Made by a program: the position numbers and the translations under genes
In this document: piece after piece, positions 28,842 through 38,920 of the stretch
How positions within the stretch are numbered: position 1 is the first letter of the stretch
How the letters are laid out: each line of letters opens with the position of its first letter
The notes under the pieces: model-generated
Database searches by the model: none
Told to the model about the DNA's origin: nothing
Seen by the model: only the letters and a program-made list of their open reading frames with translations
Assembly (NCBI GenBank): GCA_027491395.1
Contig: JAOZFI010000006.1
Span: forward strand, 64,001-128,000
From: Thermoproteota archaeon
Lineage (GTDB): Archaea > Korarchaeota > Korarchaeia > Korarchaeales > Korarchaeaceae
Reading direction: 5' to 3'
DNA: 64,000 bases

Positions 28842-31736
28842 ATGATAGACGAGGATCTCTTCAATCTATTGCCTAGTTGCCTGAGATCAGCTATGAAAGA
28901 TAGAGGAATTGGGAGGCTAACGGAGATACAGGAGATGGCCATTCCACTCATCCTCTCAGGTAAAAATGCCCTTCTGATAGCTCCAACGGGTTCTGGAAAG
29001 ACTGAAGCAGCCCTTTGGCCCATCCTCACAATGATGAAGAGTGAAGGAATAGGAGAGGGATTTATCACGCTTTATGTGACCCCCTTAAGGGCCCTGAACA
29101 GGGACCTAGAGGAAAGGATAACCTACTGGTCCTCTAGATGTGGCTTCGATGTTGGAGTGAGGCATGGTGATACCTCCAAGGCGGAGAGGACTAGACAATC
29201 GAGATCTCCTCCTCATATCCTCATAACGACACCAGAGACCCTCCTGATTATAATGTCCGGACCTAAGATCTCTAAGTGGCTTAAAAACGTGAGGTATGTC
29301 ATTATAGACGAGGTTCACGAGCTACTGGACGACAAGAGGGGCACGCAACTCTCCTTATCCCTAGAGAGGCTTGAGAGGATACGGGGGAGGGCATTCCAGA
29401 GGATAATGCTCTCAGCCTCCCTAGGCAACCCCGCGATGGCCCTAGAATATTTCTCCTATAGAAGGGACGGGGAGATCTCATATTCGCGAGAGAGCCGCTT
29501 AATGAAAATATCAGTAGCCTATCCGGAGCCTTCTCAAAGGGACATCGAGCTATCTAAGGCCATGCTCCTAGAACCGGGGGTGATAGCTAGGATCAGAATA
29601 CTGGCGGATTTGATAAGGGAGGCCAGATCGGCCATAGTCTTCACGAACACTAGGTCCATGGCGGAGGCCCTTGGCTACAGGATGAGGAAAGCATTCGAGG
29701 AGCTGAAGATACATGTCCATCATAGCTCTTTATCGAAGGACGCTAGGGTGGAGAGCGAATCACTCCTCAAGAGGGGAGAACTCTCTGCGGTGATCAGCAC
29801 GAGCTCGTTGGAGCTAGGAATAGATGTAGGGTACGTAGATTTGGTAGTACAGTACGGTTCCCCTAGGCAGGCGATGAAGTTGCTTCAGAGGGTCGGCAGA
29901 TCTGGGCACGGTCCAGGCAGGGTGGCTAGAGGTGTAGTAGTTGCCCAGGACTCTGACGACTATCTGGAGTCGATAGTACTGGCTAAGAGGGCCCTCTCGG
30001 GCGATTTGGAGGAGCTAAGGCCTTTGGAGAAGTCCTATGATGTGCTCTACCACAGCACCATCGGACTGCTCTTGGGAGAGAGATCCGTCTCACTGCAGGA
30101 TCTGGTGGACATGGCCAAGCGATCATGGCCGTACAGGGAGATAACCATCGACGAGGTTAGGGGAATATTCTCCTTCATGTCCAAGGCTTGGCCCAGAATC
30201 ATCTGGTACGATGAAGTAGGGGATAGCGTCAAGAGGTATGGAGGCGGGCTAGCCCATGAGTACTTCTTCTCGAACATCTCCACGATACCCGACACCACAT
30301 CATACCCTGTCATAGATGACACCACGGGATTCTACATAGGCCAGCTGGATGAGACCTTCGTCTTGGAGTACCTGCTTCCCGGCGTTAAGTTCGTCTTCAG
30401 GGGATCGGTCTGGAAGGTCAAGAGGATAGAAGGCGGTCGCATTTTCGTGGAACAGGTCTTCGACCCGGTCGGTGCCATACCCAGCTGGATAGGGGAACAG
30501 TTACCCGTGGCAAGGGAGACTGCAATTGAGGTGGGAGCTATCAGGGGACTCGTGGAGGAGGCCATATCCGAGGACGCATTGGACGAGCTCGTAAATAATC
30601 TGGTGAGGGGGTACCCCTTCACAAAGTCTGAGGATCTCAGAAGAGCTCTAGCCACAGTAGTGGATCACGTGAAACAGGGTTATCCGCTTCCTACAGATCG
30701 GAGGATCGTGATAGAGGGTATAACTGGCTCAGGCGTCGTGATCCACTCCACTCAGGGTAGCTTGGTTAACAGGACATTAGGGAGAGGCCTGTCCTTCGTC
30801 ATCTCCAGGGACTTCAAGGTCGCTGTAAGAGTGACTGAGGATCCCTACAGGATAGTGATAATGGGTGTTGGTAAAGAGGCAGTGGCTGAGTCCCTACATC
30901 GCCTCTCTAGGGAGGGTAGGGACACTCTGGTGAAGGCCGTAGCCAACAGTTCATTCTTCAGGATCAGGTTACTCCATGTGGCTAAGAGGATGGGCCTGAT
31001 AAGAGATACGGCGAACTCTAGGATCGTGAGCTTGGTCAGGCTGGCCAAGGCATACGAAGGTACTCCCGTCTACGAGGAAGCTTTAAGGGAGTCCCTCACG
31101 AAGGATTTCGATGTTGATGGGACGCTGGACCTACTCAGGTCGATATTCTTAGGAAAGATAGAAGTGGTCATATCTGAGAAGCAGGGTCCGAGTCCCCTAT
31201 CTCTGCTAGGATTGGAGAGATCAGGTCTACCCCTAGAGATAATTCCTCCATCGGAATTGAGCAGGAGGCTGCTGGAGAGCTTCAAGTACAGGATACTTTC
31301 ACAGCAGATCACGCTGGTCTGCTCCAACTGTTGGAGATGGAGCATGGACACCACGGTATTGAGCCTCCTAGATTTGGGGAAAGTGCCCAAATGTCCTGTG
31401 TGTGGAAGTGATAGGGTAGCGGCCCTCTCCGGATACTGGGCATCCGAAGCCAAGGAATATGTGGAGGAATCTAAGAGGAGGGGGAGGCCCTCTGTACCCA
31501 ACTGGGAGCTCGCTAACAGGGTCTATGAACTCGGCTCACTCACCGAGAGGTACGGGCTACCAGCCGTAGTCGCGATGGCCGCTAGGGGGGTGGATCCAAT
31601 GGACATCGAGTGGCTGGTATCGAGGCGTACCGAGTTGGACGAGGATTTCATGGCCGAACTCGCTAAAGTTGAGACTGAGGCCGTAAAGAGGAGGTTGACC
31701 GGGAAGAAGAGGAGAAGGAGGAAGAGGTCTGGTTAG
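28842..31736 (+). CDS. lhr: Lhr-like ATP-dependent helicase with C-terminal Zn finger
   Basis: APTGSGKT, RALNRD, TTPETL, DEVH, SSLELGID, QRVGRSGH, SWIGEQ; CSNC..CPVC; basic tail. Confidence 0.92.
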   Translation: MIDEDLFNLLPSCLRSAMKDRGIGRLTEIQEMAIPLILSGKNALLIAPTGSGKTEAALWPILTMMKSEGIGEGFITLYVTPLRALNRDLEERITYWSSRCGFDVGVRHGDTSKAERTRQSRSPPHILITTPETLLIIMSGPKISKWLKNVRYVIIDEVHELLDDKRGTQLSLSLERLERIRGRAFQRIMLSASLGNPAMALEYFSYRRDGEISYSRESRLMKISVAYPEPSQRDIELSKAMLLEPGVIARIRILADLIREARSAIVFTNTRSMAEALGYRMRKAFEELKIHVHHSSLSKDARVESESLLKRGELSAVISTSSLELGIDVGYVDLVVQYGSPRQAMKLLQRVGRSGHGPGRVARGVVVAQDSDDYLESIVLAKRALSGDLEELRPLEKSYDVLYHSTIGLLLGERSVSLQDLVDMAKRSWPYREITIDEVRGIFSFMSKAWPRIIWYDEVGDSVKRYGGGLAHEYFFSNISTIPDTTSYPVIDDTTGFYIGQLDETFVLEYLLPGVKFVFRGSVWKVKRIEGGRIFVEQVFDPVGAIPSWIGEQLPVARETAIEVGAIRGLVEEAISEDALDELVNNLVRGYPFTKSEDLRRALATVVDHVKQGYPLPTDRRIVIEGITGSGVVIHSTQGSLVNRTLGRGLSFVISRDFKVAVRVTEDPYRIVIMGVGKEAVAESLHRLSREGRDTLVKAVANSSFFRIRLLHVAKRMGLIRDTANSRIVSLVRLAKAYEGTPVYEEALRESLTKDFDVDGTLDLLRSIFLGKIEVVISEKQGPSPLSLLGLERSGLPLEIIPPSELSRRLLESFKYRILSQQITLVCSNCWRWSMDTTVLSLLDLGKVPKCPVCGSDRVAALSGYWASEAKEYVEESKRRGRPSVPNWELANRVYELGSLTERYGLPAVVAMAARGVDPMDIEWLVSRRTELDEDFMAELAKVETEAVKRRLTGKKRRRRKRSG

Positions 31737-31740
31737 GTTG

Positions 31741-32367
31741 TCAAGTCAGGAGGCCCGCACCCCTCAGGATTCTAATGGCGGCACTCCTCGGATCGCTCGA
31801 CTTCGTTATTGCCCTTCCCACCATGACGAAATCGGCTCTTTTAGCTACTTCCCCTATGGTAGACTCATTTATACCACCGGCGACACCTATCTTGACTCCC
31901 AGCTCTTTAGCGGAGTCTAGCAACTCGTATTCGGAGAATACCCCCTCATCAACCCCCCTGTGCAGGCATATCCTGTGTATTCCGAACTCTATGATCTCTT
32001 TCAAACGGGGCACCACATCTCTTAGGCCTAAAGTGTCCACCAGTACCTCTCCCCCGGATTCTTCTGCTCTCCTGACCGCTTCCTTTATGGTTTCATCCGG
32101 TGACACAGCCATTACGCTCATCAGATCGGCGCCGGAGGAGAAGGCCAGATCCGCCTCTAGGTACCCCGTGTCCATGGTCTTAGTGTCAGCGAACAGCTTG
32201 ATCTCAGGAAATCTCTCCCTGAGCTTTCTCACGGATCTCATTCCTTCAGCCTTTATCAGTGGAGTTCCAACCTCAATCTCCCTGAAGCCGGCCCCCACCG
32301 CCAGCTCAGCTATCCTAATAGCCTCGTCCAAGGATGTCAGGTCGATTGACAGGAACACCTCTACCAT
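31741..32367 (-). CDS. 3-hexulose-6-phosphate synthase-like protein (OMPDC/HUMPS family)
   Basis: EVGTPLIK, ADTKTMDTG, HRGVD, VAGGI, VGRAIT. Confidence 0.85.
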   Translation of the reverse strand: MVEVFLSIDLTSLDEAIRIAELAVGAGFREIEVGTPLIKAEGMRSVRKLRERFPEIKLFADTKTMDTGYLEADLAFSSGADLMSVMAVSPDETIKEAVRRAEESGGEVLVDTLGLRDVVPRLKEIIEFGIHRICLHRGVDEGVFSEYELLDSAKELGVKIGVAGGINESTIGEVAKRADFVMVGRAITKSSDPRSAAIRILRGAGLLT

Positions 32368-32633
32368 TCCGAGCCCCCCATCCATCTCCTGACCACGTAA
32401 ATGAGTGCCAGAATTAAAACTAGCGAGATCAGGATCAGTGCCACAGTGATATGCAGGGGAATGTTCTCTCCAGCGGCGAAGATGAAGGGACCTATTATCA
32501 CCACGAAACCTCCACCGGAACCAGCTTCGGTGGAGTGGGAGATCATCAAGGCCATGAAGCCCATTATGATGAGGGACACTCCCATGAAGATCAAGAACAC
32601 TCTGACGAAAATCTTCTCATCTATCTCGCTCAT
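32361..32633 (-). CDS. DUF131-like small membrane protein
   Basis: TM helix, GGGFVVIIGPF, TM helix. Confidence 0.65.
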   Translation of the reverse strand: MSEIDEKIFVRVFLIFMGVSLIIMGFMALMISHSTEAGSGGGFVVIIGPFIFAAGENIPLHITVALILISLVLILALIYVVRRWMGGSEW

Positions 32634-32884
32634 GACCAAGCCCCCATGAGGACGATCATGGTCAGCATCAGCAGGACGGATATAGCTACTAGTACGATGA
32701 GGAGCGATGTCTTAATGTTCCTACCGAACACTATGGGGATAGGCCCTATCAGTATCACCCCACCGACGCTGTAGTCTCCGAACTTCCGGGATGGCAGTAG
32801 CAGCGCCAACGCGATTAACACAAGCCCCATAACTATTAGGAGAATTCCCATGAGGTCTAGAGGACTCAAGATCTCATCCCCCAA
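32630..32884 (-). CDS. DUF131 (TIGR00304-like) membrane protein
   Basis: GGVILIGPIPIVFG signature between TM helices. Confidence 0.82.
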   Translation of the reverse strand: MGDEILSPLDLMGILLIVMGLVLIALALLLPSRKFGDYSVGGVILIGPIPIVFGRNIKTSLLIVLVAISVLLMLTMIVLMGAWS

Positions 32885-34262
32885 TCAACTTAGCGAGCTT
32901 GGGATAATTGGACGGATCCCCCCTGACCCTAACTATCTCCCCATCCATTAAAGGCGTACTTGGGCTAAAGGGAAGGGAGGAACCGGATGGATCGTATATG
33001 GCAATGACCTCGTATCCAGTAACCTCTATGAATTGGGAAACGGTCATTCCTCTGGACTTGGATCTCCCCTCTACCTTAAAAGCCACATAGTGCGGTGAAC
33101 CTCCCTTGAAGTGGGGTGATTCGTGCCTCAAGGACCTTAGATCCCAGATCCTCCAGAGGACCTCGGCTATCATCTTGGATGCCGTACCGTTCCCAAACGG
33201 ATTGGGAAGGCCCTCTATCCTCCTCCTAACCTCCTCCTCGTAGAGGAACCTTCTAACCGATGACACTATGGAGGAGGGATTGGCGCCCGCTACCTCGCCG
33301 AATCCCAGTTCAACTATCTCAGGCCTCTCCGTGTTATCCCTCAATATGATGCAGGGCTTCTTCAGGGTGGCCGACTCCTCCTGAACCCCACCGGAATCGG
33401 TAGCCACCACATCCGAGGCCGAGAGAAGTCTCAAAAAATCTATGTAGCCTAGAGGCTCGATCAACATCACGTGCTCTAACGTCCTCAATTCGCTCAACAG
33501 ACCGAAAGCCTTCAGCCTCTTGTAAGTTCTCGGATGCAGGGGCCACACTATGGTCAGCTCATCCAATTCCCTCAGGGCTTTCACTATCCCCAGCATTCTA
33601 TACTCCTTGTCGGCATTCTCCTTTCTATGAACTGTGATGGTCATGAGAGGCTCACCCTCTACTACACCCAATTCCTTTAGGATGTTAGATCGTCTAATGG
33701 TGCTCCACATCTTCTCGACGACGTCAACTATGGTATTACCGCTCAATACAATCCTCTCGGGGGGATAGCCCTCCTCATTGAGATTGGAGAATGCTCTGGG
33801 GGTGGGGGCGAAGTTCAGCGACGCGAGGTGATCAGCGACCCTCCTGTTTATCTCCTCCGGCATCGTGAAATCGTAGCTCCTGAGCCCCGATTCTATGTGT
33901 ATGAAGGGAACCTCTAGTTTGGAAGCAGCCAGAGCGGTTCCAAGTACGGAGTTCGTATCACCTACCGATAGGACAGCATCCGGTTCGTAGTTCTCCACAA
34001 CCTTTCCCATCTCATGTAGAACCCTAGCAGTCTGATCCACCTGATCTCCCGATCCTATGCCCAAGTTGAGGTCTGGCTCGTCGAGTCCAAGCTCGGAGAA
34101 GAATACATCGCTCATTTCCCAATCGTAATGCTGCCCAGTGTGCACTAGAAACAGCTCTACACCCTTTATACGCGATAGAGCCTCGTATACAGGCGCCATC
34201 TTGATGATCTCGGGTCTAGTGCCCACCGACAGAAGCAACCTCATATCCCTTCGCTTCTCCAT
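32874..34262 (-). CDS. wecB: UDP-GlcNAc 2-epimerase (non-hydrolysing) with C-terminal RCK_C-like extension
   Basis: GTRPEIIKMAP, TGQHYD, GDTNS, HIESGLRS, PEEINR, HRKEN, DSGGVQEE, TERPE, NPFG. Confidence 0.92.
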   Translation of the reverse strand: MEKRRDMRLLLSVGTRPEIIKMAPVYEALSRIKGVELFLVHTGQHYDWEMSDVFFSELGLDEPDLNLGIGSGDQVDQTARVLHEMGKVVENYEPDAVLSVGDTNSVLGTALAASKLEVPFIHIESGLRSYDFTMPEEINRRVADHLASLNFAPTPRAFSNLNEEGYPPERIVLSGNTIVDVVEKMWSTIRRSNILKELGVVEGEPLMTITVHRKENADKEYRMLGIVKALRELDELTIVWPLHPRTYKRLKAFGLLSELRTLEHVMLIEPLGYIDFLRLLSASDVVATDSGGVQEESATLKKPCIILRDNTERPEIVELGFGEVAGANPSSIVSSVRRFLYEEEVRRRIEGLPNPFGNGTASKMIAEVLWRIWDLRSLRHESPHFKGGSPHYVAFKVEGRSKSRGMTVSQFIEVTGYEVIAIYDPSGSSLPFSPSTPLMDGEIVRVRGDPSNYPKLAKLIGG

Positions 34263-34314
34263 GACCTGTAATCATTTTTAATAAACGGAGGTGGACCTAC
34301 CAGACACCTGAAAG

Positions 34315-36732
34315 GTGATCTACATGCTCAAGCCGGAAAAGGTAGTCCGATTCTACGCTTACACAACTAAACTGCATGTGGACGATATGGCAGAGGCCCT
34401 CATGGAGTTCGATGATGTCCACGTAGAACCCCCAGAGGGACTTCCCGGCGTCAAACCTCCGGAGGGCCTAGAAACTCCAGATTTAGATGCTTACGAAGAA
34501 ATAATCAGGGCTTTAGAAAGAGCGAGCGCGTTAACTGGAATATCTCTAGAGGATATCTTGAATCAGGCTACTTCTAATAAAATTCCAGAGACCGTTGATC
34601 ACAAGGAGCTGATCTCGGAACTGGATGAATTGGTGGGAAAGTACCTCTCCTTGAGGAAAGAGCTTGAGCTAGCAAAGAAGGCGAAATCCTTGCTCAAAGA
34701 AAGGACTAATAGATTGAGGGAGCTAGAGGAGAAGCTCGAGGAGCTCGAGATGAAAATAAAGGAGTACTACGCGGCAGCTCTTGAGATAACTGAGGAAGAT
34801 CCCACAAAGCTGCGACTGGGAAGAATGCTGCTAGAAATAGATAGGGATCTCCTGAGGACTTCTTCGCTAGTAAATGCGGCCCTAAACCCCTCCATGTCCA
34901 TAAACGATATAAGAGAGATCCTGAGGAATCTACTGGAGTCCTTATCCGAGTTAGAGGCAAGATTATTGGCGGTACAAGATGAATTGAAGGAAGAGAAAGA
35001 GATAGAGGAAGTTAAACGAGGCATACAAGATCTCAAGGAGATTCTTGAAGAACTAAATAGAGAGATAGAAGGATACATGAGGAGGAAAGACAAATTATCC
35101 GAACTCAAAGCTGTGGAAAGTCTTTGGAATAGGATGAGAGATACCATAAGGAAGGTTCCGGAGCTGAGCCCTCTATTGGTTGAGAGAGAACCAGCGATAG
35201 CTAAGGTTACACAGCAGATAGCTGATCTAGAAAACGAGATAGGTAGAAGGGAGGGCATTATAAGGGAGAAGCTTCAGTTAGCTAAGAAACTCATCGCTAA
35301 TGTGAGAGAGGCCTTTATCAGGCTTAGAGATAGGATGCTTACTATTAAGGCGGTAGCAGCAGGAGAAGCTGAACAAAGGGTATCTGAGCTCATAGAGGGG
35401 GCTAAACCGATAATCTCTGAGAAAGGTAAGTTAGAGGAGGAGATCAAGAAACTAGAAGTACTCAGCAACAAAGAAGAGGTGGGCAAACTGAAGGAGGAGG
35501 CAGAAAAACTACTCTTAAAAGTGAGGGAAACCGCAGCCAAGCTCGCCTCGAAGGCACTCTCGGTGAAACCGAGGGCGATTCTACAGAAACTGAAGAAAAT
35601 GACCTACCTAGGTGAGGAGATAGCGGTGATATCAGGATGGGTCCCTTCATCTAAAATCGATGACTTCGAGAGGAGCATTAAGGATAAGCTGGGTAATTAC
35701 GTGGCTCTGGAGTTCGAAGAGCCGAAAAAGGGAGAAGGAGTCCCTTCCAAGGTCAAATTGCCTACAATACTAAGACCTGTCCGTCTACTAACTCACAGGC
35801 TTTACGGATTACCATCGATAAGGGAGCTGGATCCGACGCCAATAACTGCGATATTCTTCCCGCTGATGTTCGGGATGATGTACGGTGACGTAGGTCATGG
35901 TCTCACTTTAGCCCTCTTTGGTGCTCTGCTATGGAGTAGATCTAGAGGAGCAATGAAGGAACTGGCTGGTCTGTTAATCTACTCTGGAATGGCGGCAGCA
36001 TTCTTTGGCTATCTATATGGCATGATTTACTTCATAGAATTCACCGAACATCCTATACTCAGCCCTCTTCACGATACCATGAGGCTGATGGCTGTCGCTC
36101 TTCTATTCGGTGCTTTTGAACTAATGGTCGGCTTCATCATGAACACCATTAACAAATTGCTGGAGAAGGATATATTTGCTGCACTATTTGAATATAAAGG
36201 AGTTACGACGCTAATCATGTATGCAGGCGCTGTCTACGCAGTTGTGAGGAACAATGCCGACATAGTAGGTACAATAACTGATCCACTATTCATATCAATG
36301 GTAGTGCCTCTCCTTATAACAGCTATAGCTCCTGTAATAAGGGCTGCGAGGGAAGGACACGGTATAGGCGAAGGGATGTCCGAAATGATCGCAACATTAT
36401 TAGAGAGTGTGCTAGCTCTCTTCAGCAACTCACTGTCCTACATCAGGTTGGCTGCCTTCGCGGTGATTCACGAGGTCTTCGGGGTCCTAACGGCGCAGCT
36501 TATACTCGGTAAGGAGATCGCTACTATAGCCGATCTGGGATCTTTAATAGCTCCAGGGGCCCTAATAGGATTCGTGTTCATGAACATAGCCGTTATGGGG
36601 CTCGAAGGGATGCTCTCATTCATACAAGCCACTAGGTTGACATTCTATGAGTTCTTCTCGAAATTCTACAAAGCGGCTGGGAGGGAGTTCAAGTGCGTCT
36701 CCGAGCTTCTCGGACCCACTCTCTCATCATAA
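34315..36732 (+). CDS. atpI: A-type ATP synthase subunit I (a), elongated
   Basis: GWVP, YGLP..ELDPT, FGMMYGDVGHG, SYIRLAA (essential Arg), RLTFYEFFSKFY. Confidence 0.93.
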   Translation: MIYMLKPEKVVRFYAYTTKLHVDDMAEALMEFDDVHVEPPEGLPGVKPPEGLETPDLDAYEEIIRALERASALTGISLEDILNQATSNKIPETVDHKELISELDELVGKYLSLRKELELAKKAKSLLKERTNRLRELEEKLEELEMKIKEYYAAALEITEEDPTKLRLGRMLLEIDRDLLRTSSLVNAALNPSMSINDIREILRNLLESLSELEARLLAVQDELKEEKEIEEVKRGIQDLKEILEELNREIEGYMRRKDKLSELKAVESLWNRMRDTIRKVPELSPLLVEREPAIAKVTQQIADLENEIGRREGIIREKLQLAKKLIANVREAFIRLRDRMLTIKAVAAGEAEQRVSELIEGAKPIISEKGKLEEEIKKLEVLSNKEEVGKLKEEAEKLLLKVRETAAKLASKALSVKPRAILQKLKKMTYLGEEIAVISGWVPSSKIDDFERSIKDKLGNYVALEFEEPKKGEGVPSKVKLPTILRPVRLLTHRLYGLPSIRELDPTPITAIFFPLMFGMMYGDVGHGLTLALFGALLWSRSRGAMKELAGLLIYSGMAAAFFGYLYGMIYFIEFTEHPILSPLHDTMRLMAVALLFGAFELMVGFIMNTINKLLEKDIFAALFEYKGVTTLIMYAGAVYAVVRNNADIVGTITDPLFISMVVPLLITAIAPVIRAAREGHGIGEGMSEMIATLLESVLALFSNSLSYIRLAAFAVIHEVFGVLTAQLILGKEIATIADLGSLIAPGALIGFVFMNIAVMGLEGMLSFIQATRLTFYEFFSKFYKAAGREFKCVSELLGPTLSS

Positions 36733-36739
36733 CAAATTT

Positions 36740-36747
36740 TTTATTAA
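36740..36747 (+). promoter_or_regulatory. Putative internal TATA box for atpK (may double as atpI T-rich terminator)
   Basis: TTTATTAA 56 nt upstream of the atpK ATG. Confidence 0.5.
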
Positions 36748-36802
36748 TGGTAATCATGAGCTCAGAGGTCTCCACAGATCGAGATATGCTACGGGTGATC
36801 GT

Positions 36803-37132
36803 ATGGTCAACATGAGGAAGAAGAAATTGCTGTCCTATGTGATATTAGGACTTCCCCTATTGCTCCTGCCCCTGTCAATTGTTGGCGCCGCTGCTGCATC
36901 TCCTGAGGAGGCTGCGGCTGGAGCCGGTGGTCTAAAGTTTATAGGAGCCGCCGTTGCCATTCTTGGAAGCACAATCGCCGCTGGAATAGCTCTGTACGGT
37001 GTAGCTATAGGTGGCAGCGCTCTCCTTGCTGAGAACCCGAACGCATTCACTCAAGTCCTTATACTAGGGGGTCTGGCAGAGGGAGTGGCAGTTTACGGTC
37101 TGCTAGTAGCCTTCCTCATACTGGGAGGCTAA
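36803..37132 (+). CDS. atpK: A-type ATP synthase proteolipid subunit K (c), single hairpin with leader
   Basis: AGIALYGVAIGG..ENP..GGLAEGVAVYGLL; SD GGGTGA. Confidence 0.92.
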   Translation: MVNMRKKKLLSYVILGLPLLLLPLSIVGAAAASPEEAAAGAGGLKFIGAAVAILGSTIAAGIALYGVAIGGSALLAENPNAFTQVLILGGLAEGVAVYGLLVAFLILGG

Positions 37133-37251
37133 GTCCTCCCCCTTTATTTATGTGAAAGCCTCTTTCTCTCTCCTAACTAGAGATCAACGTAGCGTCAGCC
37201 TTAAAAGGGTCTTGAGAAGCTTTAAAGAAGGAAAAGGGGAAATAGGAATCA

Positions 37252-38295
37252 TCACTCGATGGGAGGAGCTAGCAGCTCATACAGCACTTCGGGGCTTACT
37301 CCACTCATCCTCCCGAGTAGGACCGTCTTTATGCTCTGAGACTCCCACTCAGAGCCTATCAAATACATGAGTATATACGCTTCCGTCATCGATCCCTTCA
37401 AAGCTATTCTGAGCGAGTCTATGTAAGTCTTCTTAGTTAAGACATGCTCTATTACCCAAGGCTCTCCGATCTGCTTCATAGCTCTTTCTATCTCGATGGA
37501 AACGGGCCTATATGGAGCTAAGTTCACTAGTTCATCTAGAAATTCATTCAAGCTGTCTGTTTTAGTGGCGATATAAAGTAATTTTCTGAAGGGGAGCTTG
37601 GAGAATATCTTAGTGAGTACATCTTTCTTAACTCCTAGATACTTCGCCTTCAATAAGTCTCTCAGGAGCATATTTTCCATATAGGAATAGAGTAGCAAGG
37701 AGAGAGGGGATCTTTTACCTGCCTTCATAGTCTTAAGTTGGGCCTCAAGGCGGCCCATGTAGTACCTATCTAAGGCCAGATCCACCTCGGTGACATCTCT
37801 CTCACTGGAGGAGAGCCACGAGGATAGTAGCCTAACTAGTCCTCTATCCTCCAGCATCTCCAATAATGTCTCAAATCTATCTGCCTTAGACAGCTTTTCC
37901 ACATCAATTACATAGTGTTCCACGGGCAGAAGCCTCAGCTCCTTACCTCTACCTCCGAATAGCAGTGAGAAAACTATCCTCCTCAAGTTCTCTATGTCGT
38001 ACTTACTCATGAATGTCCTGATGAGACCCTCAATGGGTGTCCCTCTAGATAAGGAGATCAATCTCCTAGCTCTTATTGAGTTAACTCTCAAGCATGCTTC
38101 TTCTACCCTTGACACGTCGAGCAAATCTTCGGGTCCCTCGAAAAAACTTCCGTAAGCAGTAGGAGATAGCTTATCGAAGAGAGCCCTTTCATCCTCTAAA
38201 AACACCCAAGACCTTATGTCCTCCGGATCAGTCAAGTGAGAGGCTAAACCGTGCGTTCTTACAACTAGATACTTCCTCTTCGCACCTTTTAACAT
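37252..38295 (-). CDS. atpC: A-type ATP synthase subunit C
   Basis: YLVVRTHGL, KYDIENL, LDRYY, terminal EWE..IK..L.G; follows atpD. Confidence 0.78.
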   Translation of the reverse strand: MLKGAKRKYLVVRTHGLASHLTDPEDIRSWVFLEDERALFDKLSPTAYGSFFEGPEDLLDVSRVEEACLRVNSIRARRLISLSRGTPIEGLIRTFMSKYDIENLRRIVFSLLFGGRGKELRLLPVEHYVIDVEKLSKADRFETLLEMLEDRGLVRLLSSWLSSSERDVTEVDLALDRYYMGRLEAQLKTMKAGKRSPLSLLLYSYMENMLLRDLLKAKYLGVKKDVLTKIFSKLPFRKLLYIATKTDSLNEFLDELVNLAPYRPVSIEIERAMKQIGEPWVIEHVLTKKTYIDSLRIALKGSMTEAYILMYLIGSEWESQSIKTVLLGRMSGVSPEVLYELLAPPIE

Positions 38296-38296
38296 T

Positions 38297-38920
38297 TCAA
38301 ACACCTCTTTTCAGCTGTCTATACTTCTTTACACGAAGGAACTCCTCCAGAGCGTCCTCCTCCAGGGCTTCCTCGATGTACTTGATGGCGGCCTCGTGGT
38401 CAGGTATTATTATCTTCTCCAGAGCATTCACTTTCCTCATTGTATCTGCTAGAGCCGCAGCTAGCCTCTCGAACTTGGCCTCGGAGTTTACTAGCGGCAT
38501 CAACTCCTTTATTGCCTCTGAGAACTTTCTAGCGGCGGCTATCACCACTGCGTTTAAGGAGGGGGAAGTAGCCAAAGCGAACTCCCTTATCTCTATCTCA
38601 GGTATCTCCACGCCTATGACGCTCCGCACCTTCATTTCCGTGAGGAGGGGCATAGTCAGCAAGGCCGCTTTCCTCATCTCATCGGGTCCGGCGGCGGCAT
38701 AAGCCAGCCTTAGAAGCTTGTAGGCCTCCTCTAACTTCTTCTCGACCTCGCTCCTCCTCCTAAGGTCCGGAAGTAAGTTCTGACTCTCCTTGACCAGCTG
38801 ATCCCTCTTCATCTTGAGAGCGTCGACTCCCGAGCGGAGGAGGCGCGTTCTCTCCCTTAAGCGGATCAAAAATCCCTTGGTGGGGAGGACCCTCCCCACA
38901 GAGCGGAAGCTCAATCTCAC
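38297..38920 (-). CDS. atpD: A-type ATP synthase subunit D
   Basis: [29 protein letters not shown]. Confidence 0.93.
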   Translation of the reverse strand: MRLSFRSVGRVLPTKGFLIRLRERTRLLRSGVDALKMKRDQLVKESQNLLPDLRRRSEVEKKLEEAYKLLRLAYAAAGPDEMRKAALLTMPLLTEMKVRSVIGVEIPEIEIREFALATSPSLNAVVIAAARKFSEAIKELMPLVNSEAKFERLAAALADTMRKVNALEKIIIPDHEAAIKYIEEALEEDALEEFLRVKKYRQLKRGV

